Source: Polyangiales bacterium
Lineage (GTDB): Bacteria > Myxococcota_A > Polyangia > Polyangiales > Ga0077539
Reading direction: 5' to 3'
Assembly (NCBI GenBank): GCA_044229975.1
Contig: JBGARZ010000003.1
Location: forward strand, 1 to 64,000
DNA length: 64,000 bases
The position numbers and the translations under genes were made by a program. The notes under the pieces are model-generated. The model was not told the origin of the DNA and did not search any database. It was given only the letters and a program-made list of their open reading frames with translations. Each line of letters starts with the position of its first letter. Position 1 is the first letter of the stretch. Positions 9,387 through 19,398 of the stretch are shown here, in pieces.

Positions 9387-11264
9387 CTAGCGCGCGAGTA
9401 GCGAGCGCACGGACTGGACCAGCGCCACGTCGCGAGCGGCGCTGACCGCAGGCTCCACCGCGAGGATCTGACCGTAGAGCCGAAGCTGGCGGGCCCGAAC
9501 GGTCTGGTCGGCCGCGTCGGTGCTGCGCGCGACGGACTCCCACTCGGCCGTGAGCTGCGTCGTGAGCCAGTCGAGCTCGGCGGGCGTGCCGGGTGCTGGA
9601 TCGGTGGCGGTGCGCGGCGTCGACAGCAGGAGGTAGAGGCGGAGCTGCTCGGTCGCGCGCACGCGGTCGGCCGGAGAGAGCGCGGTCGCGACCGTGGCGT
9701 AGCGGGTGCGGAGCAGCGCGAGGTCGCGCTGGAGGCGAGCGGTGACAGGGGTCACGATGTCGCGGAAGACGAGGGCCGCGTAGGCGCGTGAGGCGCGAGG
9801 CGCGACCTCATCGGAGACGCCCATGCCGAAGCGGGTGTGCATCGGAGCGGCGTCCCCCGTGCGCTCGCGGAGCAGCTCGACGTCAGCGCGGAGGCGGTCG
9901 AGCGTCGCGAGGGGGACGGGCGCGCGGCCGTTGACGCTCGCGGCGAGGGAGTCGTCGAAGCGGCGGAGGGCGCCGTGGTTTTCGCTCCATGACCAGGTGG
10001 AGAGCGTCACGAGGAGGACGGCGGCGCTGAGCATGAGCGCGGCGACGGCGTTGCGACGGCCCTTGCGACGGTGCACCTCGACGGCGCTCGGACCCGCGAG
10101 CTCGTGGTCGGGGACGACGACGCGGGCGATCCAGTCGCGGAGGAAGTAGCCGCGCTGGCCGGTTGCCGCGAGGCCGCCGTGGGCGCGCACCACGGACTCG
10201 TTGGCGCTGGAGAAGTACACGCCGCGGGCGCTCACCCGATCCTGGAAGGCGCTCGACGAGAACAGCGTCGCCGCAAAGCGCAGCAGGTTGGGACGCATCG
10301 CGCCGAACCAGTGCGGAAACTGGTAGTTGGTCACGCGCGCCTCGGGCGGCTCGCGACCCGTCATGCGCCGCAGCGAGCGCTGCACGAGGGTCTGCTGGAG
10401 CTCGTCGAAGGCCGCCGTGAAGCGCTCGGTGACGGGCTTCTCGTCGACATACTTCCAGGTGCTGCCCCAGATCTGCCCGCGGTCGCCGTCGCGCTGGTCG
10501 GCGAAGAAGTCCGGGAAGCCCGGCAGCAGGTCGCAGCGCGTGACCATCAGGTAGACCGGGACGTCGATGCCCAGGTAACCGATGACCTCGTCGAGGCGCT
10601 CGCGCACGCGCCGCGCGGCGGCGTCGACGTCCTCCGGGCGCGCCGATGGGATGGAATCGGCCGACATGGTGAGCACGATGGCGTGCAGGGTCTGCGTCGG
10701 GCGCAGCGTCGCGAGGTTGCGCAGCAGCGTGAGCCACTCGGGCAGCGCGGTGTCGCCGAGCACGTAGGCGCCGCTCGTGTCGATCCACGCGCACTGCGAG
10801 GTGATCCACCAGCGGCAGTTGCGAGCGCCGCGGGCGCCGCCCGATGGCGTGGCGTACGCGAAGGCCTGACCCGACGAGGCCAGCATGCTGCTCTTGCCCG
10901 AGCCGGGCATGCCCATCACGAGCACCCACGGGAGAACATCCACCGAGTGGCGGGCGGACTGACCCGCGGCCGCGCCGGTGAGGCGCTGCATGGCGTCGCG
11001 GACGTCCTCCTCCATGGCCGCGATGCCCGCGCGCTGCTCGGCGGTGGCGGAGAGGGCCTGGCGGGCGATGGTGCCGGCGAGGGTTCCGCGTTGGGAGACG
11101 GAGCCGACGGACTTGAGGTGCCGCTCGCCGAGCACGGCGTAGACCACGACGGCGACGGCGAGGAGGCCGAGCACCACGTAGCCTGCGGTGCCGAGCGGGA
11201 GCAGCGCGCCGAGTGCGATGAGGGTGAGGAGGGCGAGCGCCGCGATGAACCGATGGCCCTGCAT
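9387..11264 (-). CDS. tssM: TssM/IcmF-like membrane protein, N-terminal portion only (625 aa)
   Basis: Two N-terminal TM helices; LPWVLVMGMPGSGKS Walker A; CRWW, WIDTSG, PVYLMVTRCDLLPGF, QIWG and RGVYFSSA motifs of the IcmF N-domain; third TM helix follows. Confidence 0.85.
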   Translation of the reverse strand: MQGHRFIAALALLTLIALGALLPLGTAGYVVLGLLAVAVVVYAVLGERHLKSVGSVSQRGTLAGTIARQALSATAEQRAGIAAMEEDVRDAMQRLTGAAAGQSARHSVDVLPWVLVMGMPGSGKSSMLASSGQAFAYATPSGGARGARNCRWWITSQCAWIDTSGAYVLGDTALPEWLTLLRNLATLRPTQTLHAIVLTMSADSIPSARPEDVDAAARRVRERLDEVIGYLGIDVPVYLMVTRCDLLPGFPDFFADQRDGDRGQIWGSTWKYVDEKPVTERFTAAFDELQQTLVQRSLRRMTGREPPEARVTNYQFPHWFGAMRPNLLRFAATLFSSSAFQDRVSARGVYFSSANESVVRAHGGLAATGQRGYFLRDWIARVVVPDHELAGPSAVEVHRRKGRRNAVAALMLSAAVLLVTLSTWSWSENHGALRRFDDSLAASVNGRAPVPLATLDRLRADVELLRERTGDAAPMHTRFGMGVSDEVAPRASRAYAALVFRDIVTPVTARLQRDLALLRTRYATVATALSPADRVRATEQLRLYLLLSTPRTATDPAPGTPAELDWLTTQLTAEWESVARSTDAADQTVRARQLRLYGQILAVEPAVSAARDVALVQSVRSLLAR

Positions 11265-11323
11265 GGCCGCGGCAGTCTACCGAAGTGGCGACGACGAAAG
11301 GGAAGAGATGCGCGGCCGCGGAA

Positions 11324-12466
11324 TCAGCCGGCGAGCAGGTGGCGGGCGATGATCATGCGCTGCACCTCGCTGGTGCCCTCGCCGATCTCGCAGAGCTTGG
11401 CGTCGCGCAGGTGGCGCTCCACCGGGAACTCGCGGGTGTAGCCGTAGCCGCCGTGAACCTGGAGCGAGCGGTTGCACGCCCGGGTCGCCGCCTCGCTCGC
11501 GAAGAGCTTGGCCGTCGAGGCTTCGAGCGAGTAGCGCGGGGCGCTGTCGGCCATGACCGCGGCGCGGTAGACGAGGAGGCGCGCGGCGTCGAGCTCGGTG
11601 CGCGAGTCGGCGAGCATCCACTGGATGGCCTGGAACTCCGCGATGGGCTTGCCGAACTGCTCGCGGTCCTTGGCGTACTTGATGGCGGCTTCGAGCGAGC
11701 CCTCGCCGAGGCCGAGCGCGAGCGCGCCGATGGAGACGCGGCCGCGGTCGAGGATGCCGAGCGTGTCGATGAAGCCCTGGTTGAGCTCGCCGACGCGCTG
11801 CGAATCGGGGACGTAGCAGTCCTCGAAGGTGAGCTCGACGGTGTCGCTCGACCGCATGCCCATCTTCTCGAGGTGCTTGCTGGCGCGGAAGCCGGCAGTG
11901 CCGTGCTCGACCACGAAGGCCGTGATGCCCTTCTGCTTGCGCGACGCGTCGGTCGACGCGAGCACCACGCAGAAGCCGCCCACCGACCCCTGGGTGATGA
12001 ACATCTTGGTGCCGTTGATGACCCAACCGTCGCCCTTGCGGACGGCGGTGGTGCGCATGCCCGCGGCGTCGGAGCCGGAGCCCGGCTCGGTGAGCGCCCA
12101 GGCCGCGAGCCACTCGCCCGTGACGGCCTTCGGTAAGTACTTCTGCTTCTGCTCCTCGCTGCCGAAGCGGAGGATGTGGCCGGTGCCGAGGCCGTTGTGC
12201 GACGCGATGGTCAGCGCGAGCGAGCCGTCGAACTTCGCGATCTCCTCGACGATGACCGCGTAGGCCAGGGTGTCGAGCCCGCTGCCGCCGTAGGCCTCGG
12301 GGATGCGGATACCCAGCAGCCCGTGCTCGGCCAGGTGGGGCACGAGCTCGGAGGGGAAGCGCTCCTCCTCGTCCCACTTGCGCGCGTAGGGCGCGACGTG
12401 GCGGACACAGAATTCGCGCACGCTGCGCTGGATCTGACGGTGGCTCTCGGGGAGGTCGAAGTTCAT
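11324..12466 (-). CDS. Acyl-CoA dehydrogenase
   Basis: [51 protein letters not shown]. Confidence 0.95.
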   Translation of the reverse strand: MNFDLPESHRQIQRSVREFCVRHVAPYARKWDEEERFPSELVPHLAEHGLLGIRIPEAYGGSGLDTLAYAVIVEEIAKFDGSLALTIASHNGLGTGHILRFGSEEQKQKYLPKAVTGEWLAAWALTEPGSGSDAAGMRTTAVRKGDGWVINGTKMFITQGSVGGFCVVLASTDASRKQKGITAFVVEHGTAGFRASKHLEKMGMRSSDTVELTFEDCYVPDSQRVGELNQGFIDTLGILDRGRVSIGALALGLGEGSLEAAIKYAKDREQFGKPIAEFQAIQWMLADSRTELDAARLLVYRAAVMADSAPRYSLEASTAKLFASEAATRACNRSLQVHGGYGYTREFPVERHLRDAKLCEIGEGTSEVQRMIIARHLLAG

Positions 12467-12505
12467 GGCGTCGGGCGACGGTCTAACGACACGGCGCGCG
12501 AACCG

Positions 12506-15247
12506 TCAAGAAGGGCGGGCGATCCCCATGCGGCGCGCGAGGAAGGGTGCGGTCGGCGTGTCCATGGTGGCGAGGCGTTCGGGCGTGCCCTCGGCGACGA
12601 TGTGTCCGCCGGCCTCGCCGCCGTCGGGGCCGAGCTCGATGACGTGGTCGGCCCGCGCGATGACGTCGAGGTGGTGCTCGACGCAGACCACCGTGTGGCC
12701 GTCGTCGACGAGCCGCTGGAGCAATGTGAGCAGCACCTCGACGTCGCTCGCGTGCAGCCCCGCGGTGGGTTCGTCGAGCAGGTACACGATGCGCGCCCTG
12801 CCCCGTCGGGCCAGCTCTGTCGCGAGCCGCACCCGCTGCGCCTCACCGCCCGAGAGCGTCGTCACGGGCTGACCCAGCTTGAGGTATCCGAGGCCCACGT
12901 CGCGCAATCCCAGGAGAACGTCGCGCGCCTTGGGGATCGCCTCCAGCACCGGGATCGCTTCGTCCACCGTCATGCGGAGCAGGTCGGCGATGGACCATCC
13001 GCGGAACTTCACCTGGAGGGTCTCGGGCTCGTAGCGCGCGCCGTCGCAGAGGTCGCAGGGCAATCCCACGTCGGGGAGGAAGTCCATCGCGACGCGAATC
13101 GTCCCGGCGCCTTGGCAGCGCTCGCAGCGACCGCCCTTGATGTTGAAGCTGAAGCGCGCGGCGTTGAAGCCACGCGCCTTCGCCTCGGGCATCGCCGCGA
13201 AGAGCGTTCGCAGCTCACCCATGAGCCCGACGACGGAGGCAGGGACGGAGCGAGGCGAACGACCCAGCGGACGCGCGTCGACAACCACCACACGCTCTAC
13301 CGACGAAGTCCCTTCGAGGGCCTGGAGAGGGATCGCAGGTGGAGGAGTGCCCTCAACCTTCGAGCGGAGCCACGGGCCCAAAGTGCCCAGGATCATTGAG
13401 CTCTTGCCGCTGCCAGAGACCCCGGTCACGACGGTGAGGCACCCCAGCGGGATCGCGGCCGTCACGTCCTTCAAGGTATGGAGCGACGCCTCGCGGAGGG
13501 TCATCCATCCGGTGGGCGTTCGCGCGGGGCGTGCTCGCAGCGGTCGATCGGCGGCGGTCATCCACGGCCCGGTGACGCTCGTCGCGATGGATGGCAGCGA
13601 CGATGGCGGTCCCTCGGCGACGACGTGGCCTCCCAGCACGCCAGCACCGGGACCCACGTCGATGACGTGGTCGGCGGAGGCGATGACGTCGAGGTCGTGC
13701 TCCACGACCACCACCGCGTTGCCGCGGGTGAGCAGGTCGCGGATCGCCAGCATCAGGCGGTCGGCGTCGCGCGGGTGCAGACCGAGCGTCGGCTCGTCGA
13801 GCACGTAGGTCACGCCGCTCAGACCGCCGCCGAGCTGTGCGCCGAGTCGCGCGCGTTGAAACTCACCGTTGGAGAGCGTTCGGGCCGGGCGGTCGAGGGA
13901 CACGTAGTCGAGGCCGGCTCGCACCAGATACCCAAGCCGTCCGAGCGCCTCGGCCCGCAGCGCATCGGCCACCGACGCGAGCGCACCCACGAAGGTCAGC
14001 CCACGCAGCGCGTCACCCAACGCCGCGACCGACAGCGCCGCCATCGCCGCGATGGACCTCCCCCCCACCGTGAATGCCAGCGCCTCGGGCCGCAGGCGCG
14101 CTCCCGCGCAACGTGGGCACGGCACCGTGGACTCCCACCGCAGATCGGCGACCGCCTCGTCGGCGTCGTCTTTCGTTCGGGTCGCATCGAGGAGCCCCGG
14201 CGTCGTGTCGTCGCCGAGCAGCACCCACTCCCTCGCCTCGGGTGGAAGCTCGTCCCAGGCGCGATCGAGGTCGACCCCCGCCTCAATCGCAAGCGATGAC
14301 CACGCCTCGGGAATCTTCTTCCCGAGCAGGGCCACGAGCGCCCCGCTGCGGATGGACTTCGCCCGCGCGATGACCACGTCCGACTCCCGAGAGAGCCGCA
14401 GCGTCCCGAGGCCGCGACACTCTTCGCAAGCCCCCTTGGGGCTGTTGAAGGAGAAGAGCGACGGTTCGGGCGACGGCAGCGCCATGCCACACTGCACGCA
14501 CACAAAGCGGTCGCTCCGCAGCCACGGGTCGCCGTCCACGGGGACGATGCGAACGACCCCCGCCGCCTGGCGCATCGCGAGCTCGACGGCCTCCTGCAAG
14601 CGCCCGCGGATGCCATCCCTTACCGCGACGCGGTCGATGACCAGGTCGATGTCGTGGGGCTGCTTCGGGTCGATGGTGAGGTCGTCGCCGAGGTCATGGT
14701 CGCGCCCGTCGACACGCGCGCGGACGAAGCCCTCCTTCCGCCATGCCATCCACGGTGCGACGTGGTCGCCGACCACCGCACGCACCACGGGAGCGAGCAC
14801 GCTCACCCGCCTCCCCTCGCCCAGCGCCATCACCTCGGCGACGATCTCGGCCGGGTGCGTGGCCTTCACGTCGGCACCGCAGCGAGGGCAGCGCGCTTCG
14901 CCGACTCTCGCGAAGAGCAGGCGGAGGTGATCGTCGATTTCGGTGAGCGTTCCGACGGTGGCGCGTGCCGTCGCGGGCGGCGCGACCTGCGCGACAGCGA
15001 CGGTGGGGGTGAGGCCCTCGATGTCGTCCACCGGAGGCCGCGGGAGGCGACCGAGCGAGCGCCGCGCGGCGACCCCGAGCGCCTCGATGTACCGCCGCTG
15101 ACCTTCGGCGTGGATGGTCGCAAACGCGAGCGAGCTCTTGCCCGATCCCGACGGGCCGGTGATGACCACGAGCGCGTCGCGGGGGATGGACACCGTCACG
15201 TCGCGGAGGTTGTGGGTGCGGGCCCCGCGGACGACGATCGATCGCAT
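12506..15247 (-). CDS. uvrA: Excinuclease ABC subunit A
   Basis: GARTHNL start; two Walker A motifs (GPSGSGKS, GVSGSGKS); CxxC zinc fingers; FSFNSPKGAC; LSGGEAQR; LDEPTAGLH. Confidence 0.95.
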   Translation of the reverse strand: MRSIVVRGARTHNLRDVTVSIPRDALVVITGPSGSGKSSLAFATIHAEGQRRYIEALGVAARRSLGRLPRPPVDDIEGLTPTVAVAQVAPPATARATVGTLTEIDDHLRLLFARVGEARCPRCGADVKATHPAEIVAEVMALGEGRRVSVLAPVVRAVVGDHVAPWMAWRKEGFVRARVDGRDHDLGDDLTIDPKQPHDIDLVIDRVAVRDGIRGRLQEAVELAMRQAAGVVRIVPVDGDPWLRSDRFVCVQCGMALPSPEPSLFSFNSPKGACEECRGLGTLRLSRESDVVIARAKSIRSGALVALLGKKIPEAWSSLAIEAGVDLDRAWDELPPEAREWVLLGDDTTPGLLDATRTKDDADEAVADLRWESTVPCPRCAGARLRPEALAFTVGGRSIAAMAALSVAALGDALRGLTFVGALASVADALRAEALGRLGYLVRAGLDYVSLDRPARTLSNGEFQRARLGAQLGGGLSGVTYVLDEPTLGLHPRDADRLMLAIRDLLTRGNAVVVVEHDLDVIASADHVIDVGPGAGVLGGHVVAEGPPSSLPSIATSVTGPWMTAADRPLRARPARTPTGWMTLREASLHTLKDVTAAIPLGCLTVVTGVSGSGKSSMILGTLGPWLRSKVEGTPPPAIPLQALEGTSSVERVVVVDARPLGRSPRSVPASVVGLMGELRTLFAAMPEAKARGFNAARFSFNIKGGRCERCQGAGTIRVAMDFLPDVGLPCDLCDGARYEPETLQVKFRGWSIADLLRMTVDEAIPVLEAIPKARDVLLGLRDVGLGYLKLGQPVTTLSGGEAQRVRLATELARRGRARIVYLLDEPTAGLHASDVEVLLTLLQRLVDDGHTVVCVEHHLDVIARADHVIELGPDGGEAGGHIVAEGTPERLATMDTPTAPFLARRMGIARPS

Positions 15248-15255
15248 GGTGAGGC

Positions 15256-16245
15256 TCAGCGCCCGACGCGGCGTCGCTGCTCGACGAGGTGGAGGGCCAG
15301 CTCGATGGCGGCGATCATCCCACCGGGTTCGGCGATGCCGCGGCCCGCGATGTCGGCGCCGGTGCCGTGGTCGACGCTGGTGCGGATGATGGGGAGACCG
15401 AGAGTGACGTTCACGGCGTCGCCGAAATCCAGCAGCTTCGAGGCGATGGTGGCCTGGTCGTGAAACATCGCGACCACGGCATCGAAGTGCCCGTCGCGCG
15501 CCTTGCGGTAGGCCGACTCGGCGCCCATCGGGCCGATGATCTCGAAGCCGTCCCCGAGGGCAGAGCGGGCTTCGTCGAGCGCCGGGGCGATGACGTCGAT
15601 CTCCTCGCGGCCGATGAGACCGGCCTCGCCCGCGTGGGGGTTGAGGCCGCAGACGACGACCCGCGGAGCGGCAATGCCAAAGCGGGTGACGAGCGAGCGA
15701 GCGGTGATGAGCACCGTCTCGCGGACGGCCTCGCGGGTGATGTCGGCCGAGAGGCGCGCGATGGCGCGGTGCGTGGTCACGAGCGAGGTGCGGAGCTTCG
15801 GGCCGACGAAGGTCATCACGACGCGATCGACACCACAGCGCTGCGCGAGGTGCTCGGTGTGGCCGAGGAAGGGCGTTCCGGAGCGGGTGACGGCGGACTT
15901 GTCGATGGGGCCAGTGACGAGCGCGTCGGCCTCGCCCGCAAGCACCTTGTCGAGTGCCGCATCGAGCGCCGCGAGCTGGGCGCCACCCGCCGCGAAGGTC
16001 GATGGACCCGGGCGATGGTCGTCGGCAGAGAGATGCGAGGCGGGAAGCAGGTGGACGTTGTCGAGCGCGCTCCAGACCACGCGGCGGGAAGCGGCCGCGA
16101 GCGCGAGCGCGCCAGCATCTCCGTGCACGGCGAAGCGCACGTCGGGGTGTCGGGCGGAGAGCGTCGCGAGGGCGGCGGCGGTGACCTCCGGTCCGATACC
16201 GCAGGGGCAGCCGACGGAGATCGCGAGGGTCGTCGGGGTGGTCAT
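15256..16245 (-). CDS. pdxA: 4-hydroxythreonine-4-phosphate dehydrogenase
   Basis: GIGPE, GHTE, GLNPHAGE, MFHDQ, NVTLGLPIIRTSVDHGT. Start at ATG 16245 (MTTPTT), overlapping the upstream stop. Confidence 0.93.
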   Translation of the reverse strand: MTTPTTLAISVGCPCGIGPEVTAAALATLSARHPDVRFAVHGDAGALALAAASRRVVWSALDNVHLLPASHLSADDHRPGPSTFAAGGAQLAALDAALDKVLAGEADALVTGPIDKSAVTRSGTPFLGHTEHLAQRCGVDRVVMTFVGPKLRTSLVTTHRAIARLSADITREAVRETVLITARSLVTRFGIAAPRVVVCGLNPHAGEAGLIGREEIDVIAPALDEARSALGDGFEIIGPMGAESAYRKARDGHFDAVVAMFHDQATIASKLLDFGDAVNVTLGLPIIRTSVDHGTGADIAGRGIAEPGGMIAAIELALHLVEQRRRVGR

Positions 16246-16901
16246 CGGGACGGGTCCTTGGTCACGGTGTCGAGGCGGTATCCGACGCCGCGGACGGTGT
16301 CGATGGAGAGCGCGACGCCGAGCTTCTGGCGCAGCTTGCGGATGTGGACGTCGACGGTGCGGGTCTCCACCGAGCGCAGACCCCAGACGTCGCGCAAGAG
16401 GACCTCGCGCGAGACGGCCCGGCCGCGAAAGCGCGTGAGATAGGCCAGCAGCGCGAACTCCTGCGGCGACAACGGAACGCGCTCCCCGGCGAGCTCGACC
16501 GCCCGGGCCCCGAGGTCGACGCGGACGGAGCCGAGCTCGACGCAGAGGTCGTTGGGCGCGTCGCGGCGGCGCCACTCCAGCACGCGAATGCGGAGGTACA
16601 GCTCCGGGGGGACGTACGGCTGGAGGGTGAGGTCGTCGAAGGGCCAGCCGGGGTCGACGCGCAGGATCTGTTCGCTGCGCACCGCGAGCATCACCGACGC
16701 AGCGCCCGCGCGGCGCAATCGGAAGAGGAGCGCGCGCATGGGGTCGACGTCGGCGCCGCACTCGACGAGCACCGCGTCGCCATCGTGCGCGATCTCCACG
16801 GCGTCGTCGGTCGGGAGGTGCTCGACCGGTCGACAGCCGAGATCGCGGAGTATCTCCAACGCCTCGGCGGGTTGGGTCTGACTGACGAGCGCGATTCGCA
16901 C
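16242..16901 (-). CDS. OmpR/PhoB-type winged-helix regulator with degenerate receiver domain (GlnR-like architecture)
   Basis: C-terminal LSPQEFALL, SREVLLRDVWG, RTVDVHIRKLRQKL, TVRGVGY. N-terminal domain lacks recognisable receiver Asp/Lys. GTG 16901 start inferred. Confidence 0.85.
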   Translation of the reverse strand: MRIALVSQTQPAEALEILRDLGCRPVEHLPTDDAVEIAHDGDAVLVECGADVDPMRALLFRLRRAGAASVMLAVRSEQILRVDPGWPFDDLTLQPYVPPELYLRIRVLEWRRRDAPNDLCVELGSVRVDLGARAVELAGERVPLSPQEFALLAYLTRFRGRAVSREVLLRDVWGLRSVETRTVDVHIRKLRQKLGVALSIDTVRGVGYRLDTVTKDPSR

Positions 16902-16989
16902 CCGCGCAGCGTACTGTGCTCTACCTTGACGCGGCGAGTGGCGTTCTGTTACTCCCCGCAAACCGCTGTCCGGAAGGCCAAAATCCACT

Positions 16990-19383
16990 ATGCGATGGGT
17001 CGTCGAGCTCCCCGCGCCGTCCGGCGGCACCGCCGCCACCGTCACCGTTGAATCAGACTCCTGGGCTGGCGCGTTGAGCAGCGCCCGAGGGGGCGTCTCG
17101 ATCAGGAAGTTCCGGTGCGAGTTCGAGAGCGAGGGCGTCGTGCGCGTGCACGACCTCGAAGCCAACGAGCGCTACACGGTGCGCCCCTACCGCGCGTCGA
17201 CGGCACCTGCGGCACCAGAGCCGACCCCCCCGGTCGAAGCCCCCGCCCCGACAGCCGTGCTGCGTAGCCCGTCCGTCCCGCCTGCAAGCGGTCGCCCTTC
17301 ACGGGTGCCTCAGGCCGCATCGAGCGGGAGCTTCTCCGTCGCACCGCCGCCGGGCACCTCCGTGCCGCTGCCCGCGCGCAGCAGCACACCGCCCGTCTCG
17401 CCCGTGGCGGCCGACCCCACGGACTACATCGACGTTCCGTCGGGGGTCTCGGGGACCGTGGTGGGGATGTTCTTGTCCCCGGCTGCCGCAGCGAAGCTCG
17501 AAGCGGCTGCACCCGCTGCGACCGTCGCCGAGAAGGTCTCCGAGCCCGCTCCCGCGGTGGTCGAGAACGCTCCTGAGCCCGCCGTCGTCGAGAAGGCTCC
17601 TGAGCCTGTCGCAGCGGTGGCCGAGAAGGCTCCCGAACCCGTCGCGGTCGTCGTGCCCGAGGCCGCTCCGGTCGCGGTCGAGACACCCGTCGTCGCCGAG
17701 CCCGCGAAGCCTGTCGTGGTCGACGATCTCTCCGTGACGACCGTCGATCGCCCGATCTTCGTGGCACCGGCTGCGCCGACGCCGACCGTTGCTGAGACGC
17801 CGACCACCAGCCGTCCCACGGCCGAGCCCGCGTCGTCGTCCACTGCCTCGAATGGCAGTCCCTCGGAGGCGCCCGTCGTCCCGACGACGGTGCTGTTCGA
17901 GCGCGATCAAGACCCTGGTCCGACCAACCCGCTGACCTATCGCGAGCGGGTTCTCTGCGTCGCCGAAGGCACGTCCGTCATCGAGGCGGAGGCCGTCGCG
18001 CGGCAGACCCTGATGACCCTCAAGCGCTCACTCGCGACCCGACCGCGCGGCCGCTACGTCAACGTCGCCGTCTTCGATCACCGCTTCTCGCAGCGACCGG
18101 CCCATCCTCCGTTGGTGGTGCTGCGCTGGCGTGACTGGCGGGGTGACCTGCCGGAGATGCAGATCAAGCCAGCGCTCGCGCCGGTGGCAGCGCCCGCGCC
18201 TCCGGCCGCGGCGGTCGAAGCGCCCGTCGTCAACGGGAAGGCTGTGACCGAGGCCGACGTGGCGGCGCCACAGCCCGAGACGACGACGCACGCCGAGCCT
18301 GTGGTTGCGGTCGCCGAGGTCTCGCCCGCCGCGCCTGCCGCGGTGGTTGTGGAGCCGACGCTACCGACGGCGGCGGTTGCGGAGATCGCGGCGCCGAACG
18401 TCACGCCTGAGACGCCCTTCGCTGCGCCCGAGGCCGCCGTCGAGGCACCGGTCGCGGTGACGTCGCCCGTCGAGACCGCCGCGCCCGCCGTCGCCGAGAC
18501 CGCCGCGGAGACCGCTCCGGGCGAACCGCAACCACCCGTCGTCGAGGCCCCCGCGGCAACGGAGACCGCGGCGGCGGTGGAGGCGACGCCTGCGGACGTT
18601 GCTGCGACGCCTGTCGCCACCGAAGCGGTAGTGGTGCCCGATGCTGTCGCTCCGCCCGCGGTCGTCGCCGCGACGGAGACCGCCGCCACACCCGATGCGC
18701 CGGTGGCCGAGCCGAGCATGTCCCTCGCGCCCGAAGCGTCCGACGAGCCCGTCGCCGCCGAGACCAAGCCCGTCGCGGAGGGCGCGGCGAGCGTTCCTCC
18801 GGCGGCCGAGACGCCCGCTGCTCCCGTTGCGCCGGCGGCCGATCGCAAGCGCTTCACGGGCGGCCGACGCGGCCCCGACCTGCTCAGCGATCTCTTCGAT
18901 GGACTGATGGAGCTGTCGTTCCTCAAGGACCCAACGGACATCTGCGCGTTCGTGGCGGGCATCCTCACCCAGCACCTGCGCTGCGATGCCGTGCTCGTCT
19001 TCAGCTACGACATCAACCGTGACGAGTTCGTGGTCCACGGCGAGGCCAACACGGGGCGCCTCGACCACCGCGTGGGCGCCAAGGTTGGCTCCTACGGCGC
19101 CGCGGCCCGCTCCAAGCGCGCGCTCGCGGTCGCCGAAGCTCACGGCACGGATCTCACCGACCCGGCCTGCGACGGCGGCGCGGCCCTCTTCGCGCCGGGT
19201 CTCGTCCGCGACCGGCTCTTCGCCCTCGTCCACGTCGCCCGCCTGCCGGGCTCACCCGCGTTCGAGGCCGACGAGGTCGACGCGGCCAGCTACATCGCGG
19301 GCCAGCTCGCTGAGGCCCTCGCCTCGCAGTCGCACCGTCAAGCCGTCGCCGACCTCGCCGAGAAGCGCGACGCCCGCCGCTGA
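16990..19383 (+). CDS. Pro/Ala/Glu-rich multidomain protein with C-terminal GAF-like domain (myxobacterial, possibly FrgA-like)
   Basis: 797 aa; three folded segments separated by low-complexity linkers with VVEKAPEPA-type repeats; C-terminal GAF-like pattern (YDINRDEFVV ... AFEADEVDAASYIAGQLAEAL). Confidence 0.7.
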   Translation: MRWVVELPAPSGGTAATVTVESDSWAGALSSARGGVSIRKFRCEFESEGVVRVHDLEANERYTVRPYRASTAPAAPEPTPPVEAPAPTAVLRSPSVPPASGRPSRVPQAASSGSFSVAPPPGTSVPLPARSSTPPVSPVAADPTDYIDVPSGVSGTVVGMFLSPAAAAKLEAAAPAATVAEKVSEPAPAVVENAPEPAVVEKAPEPVAAVAEKAPEPVAVVVPEAAPVAVETPVVAEPAKPVVVDDLSVTTVDRPIFVAPAAPTPTVAETPTTSRPTAEPASSSTASNGSPSEAPVVPTTVLFERDQDPGPTNPLTYRERVLCVAEGTSVIEAEAVARQTLMTLKRSLATRPRGRYVNVAVFDHRFSQRPAHPPLVVLRWRDWRGDLPEMQIKPALAPVAAPAPPAAAVEAPVVNGKAVTEADVAAPQPETTTHAEPVVAVAEVSPAAPAAVVVEPTLPTAAVAEIAAPNVTPETPFAAPEAAVEAPVAVTSPVETAAPAVAETAAETAPGEPQPPVVEAPAATETAAAVEATPADVAATPVATEAVVVPDAVAPPAVVAATETAATPDAPVAEPSMSLAPEASDEPVAAETKPVAEGAASVPPAAETPAAPVAPAADRKRFTGGRRGPDLLSDLFDGLMELSFLKDPTDICAFVAGILTQHLRCDAVLVFSYDINRDEFVVHGEANTGRLDHRVGAKVGSYGAAARSKRALAVAEAHGTDLTDPACDGGAALFAPGLVRDRLFALVHVARLPGSPAFEADEVDAASYIAGQLAEALASQSHRQAVADLAEKRDARR

Positions 19384-19398
19384 GGGCGGGCGAGGCGC

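Noticed and set aside
9387..11264. A type VI secretion gene cluster
   Set aside because: Only one tssM-like gene; no hcp, vgrG, tssBC, tssJKL or clpV in the window.
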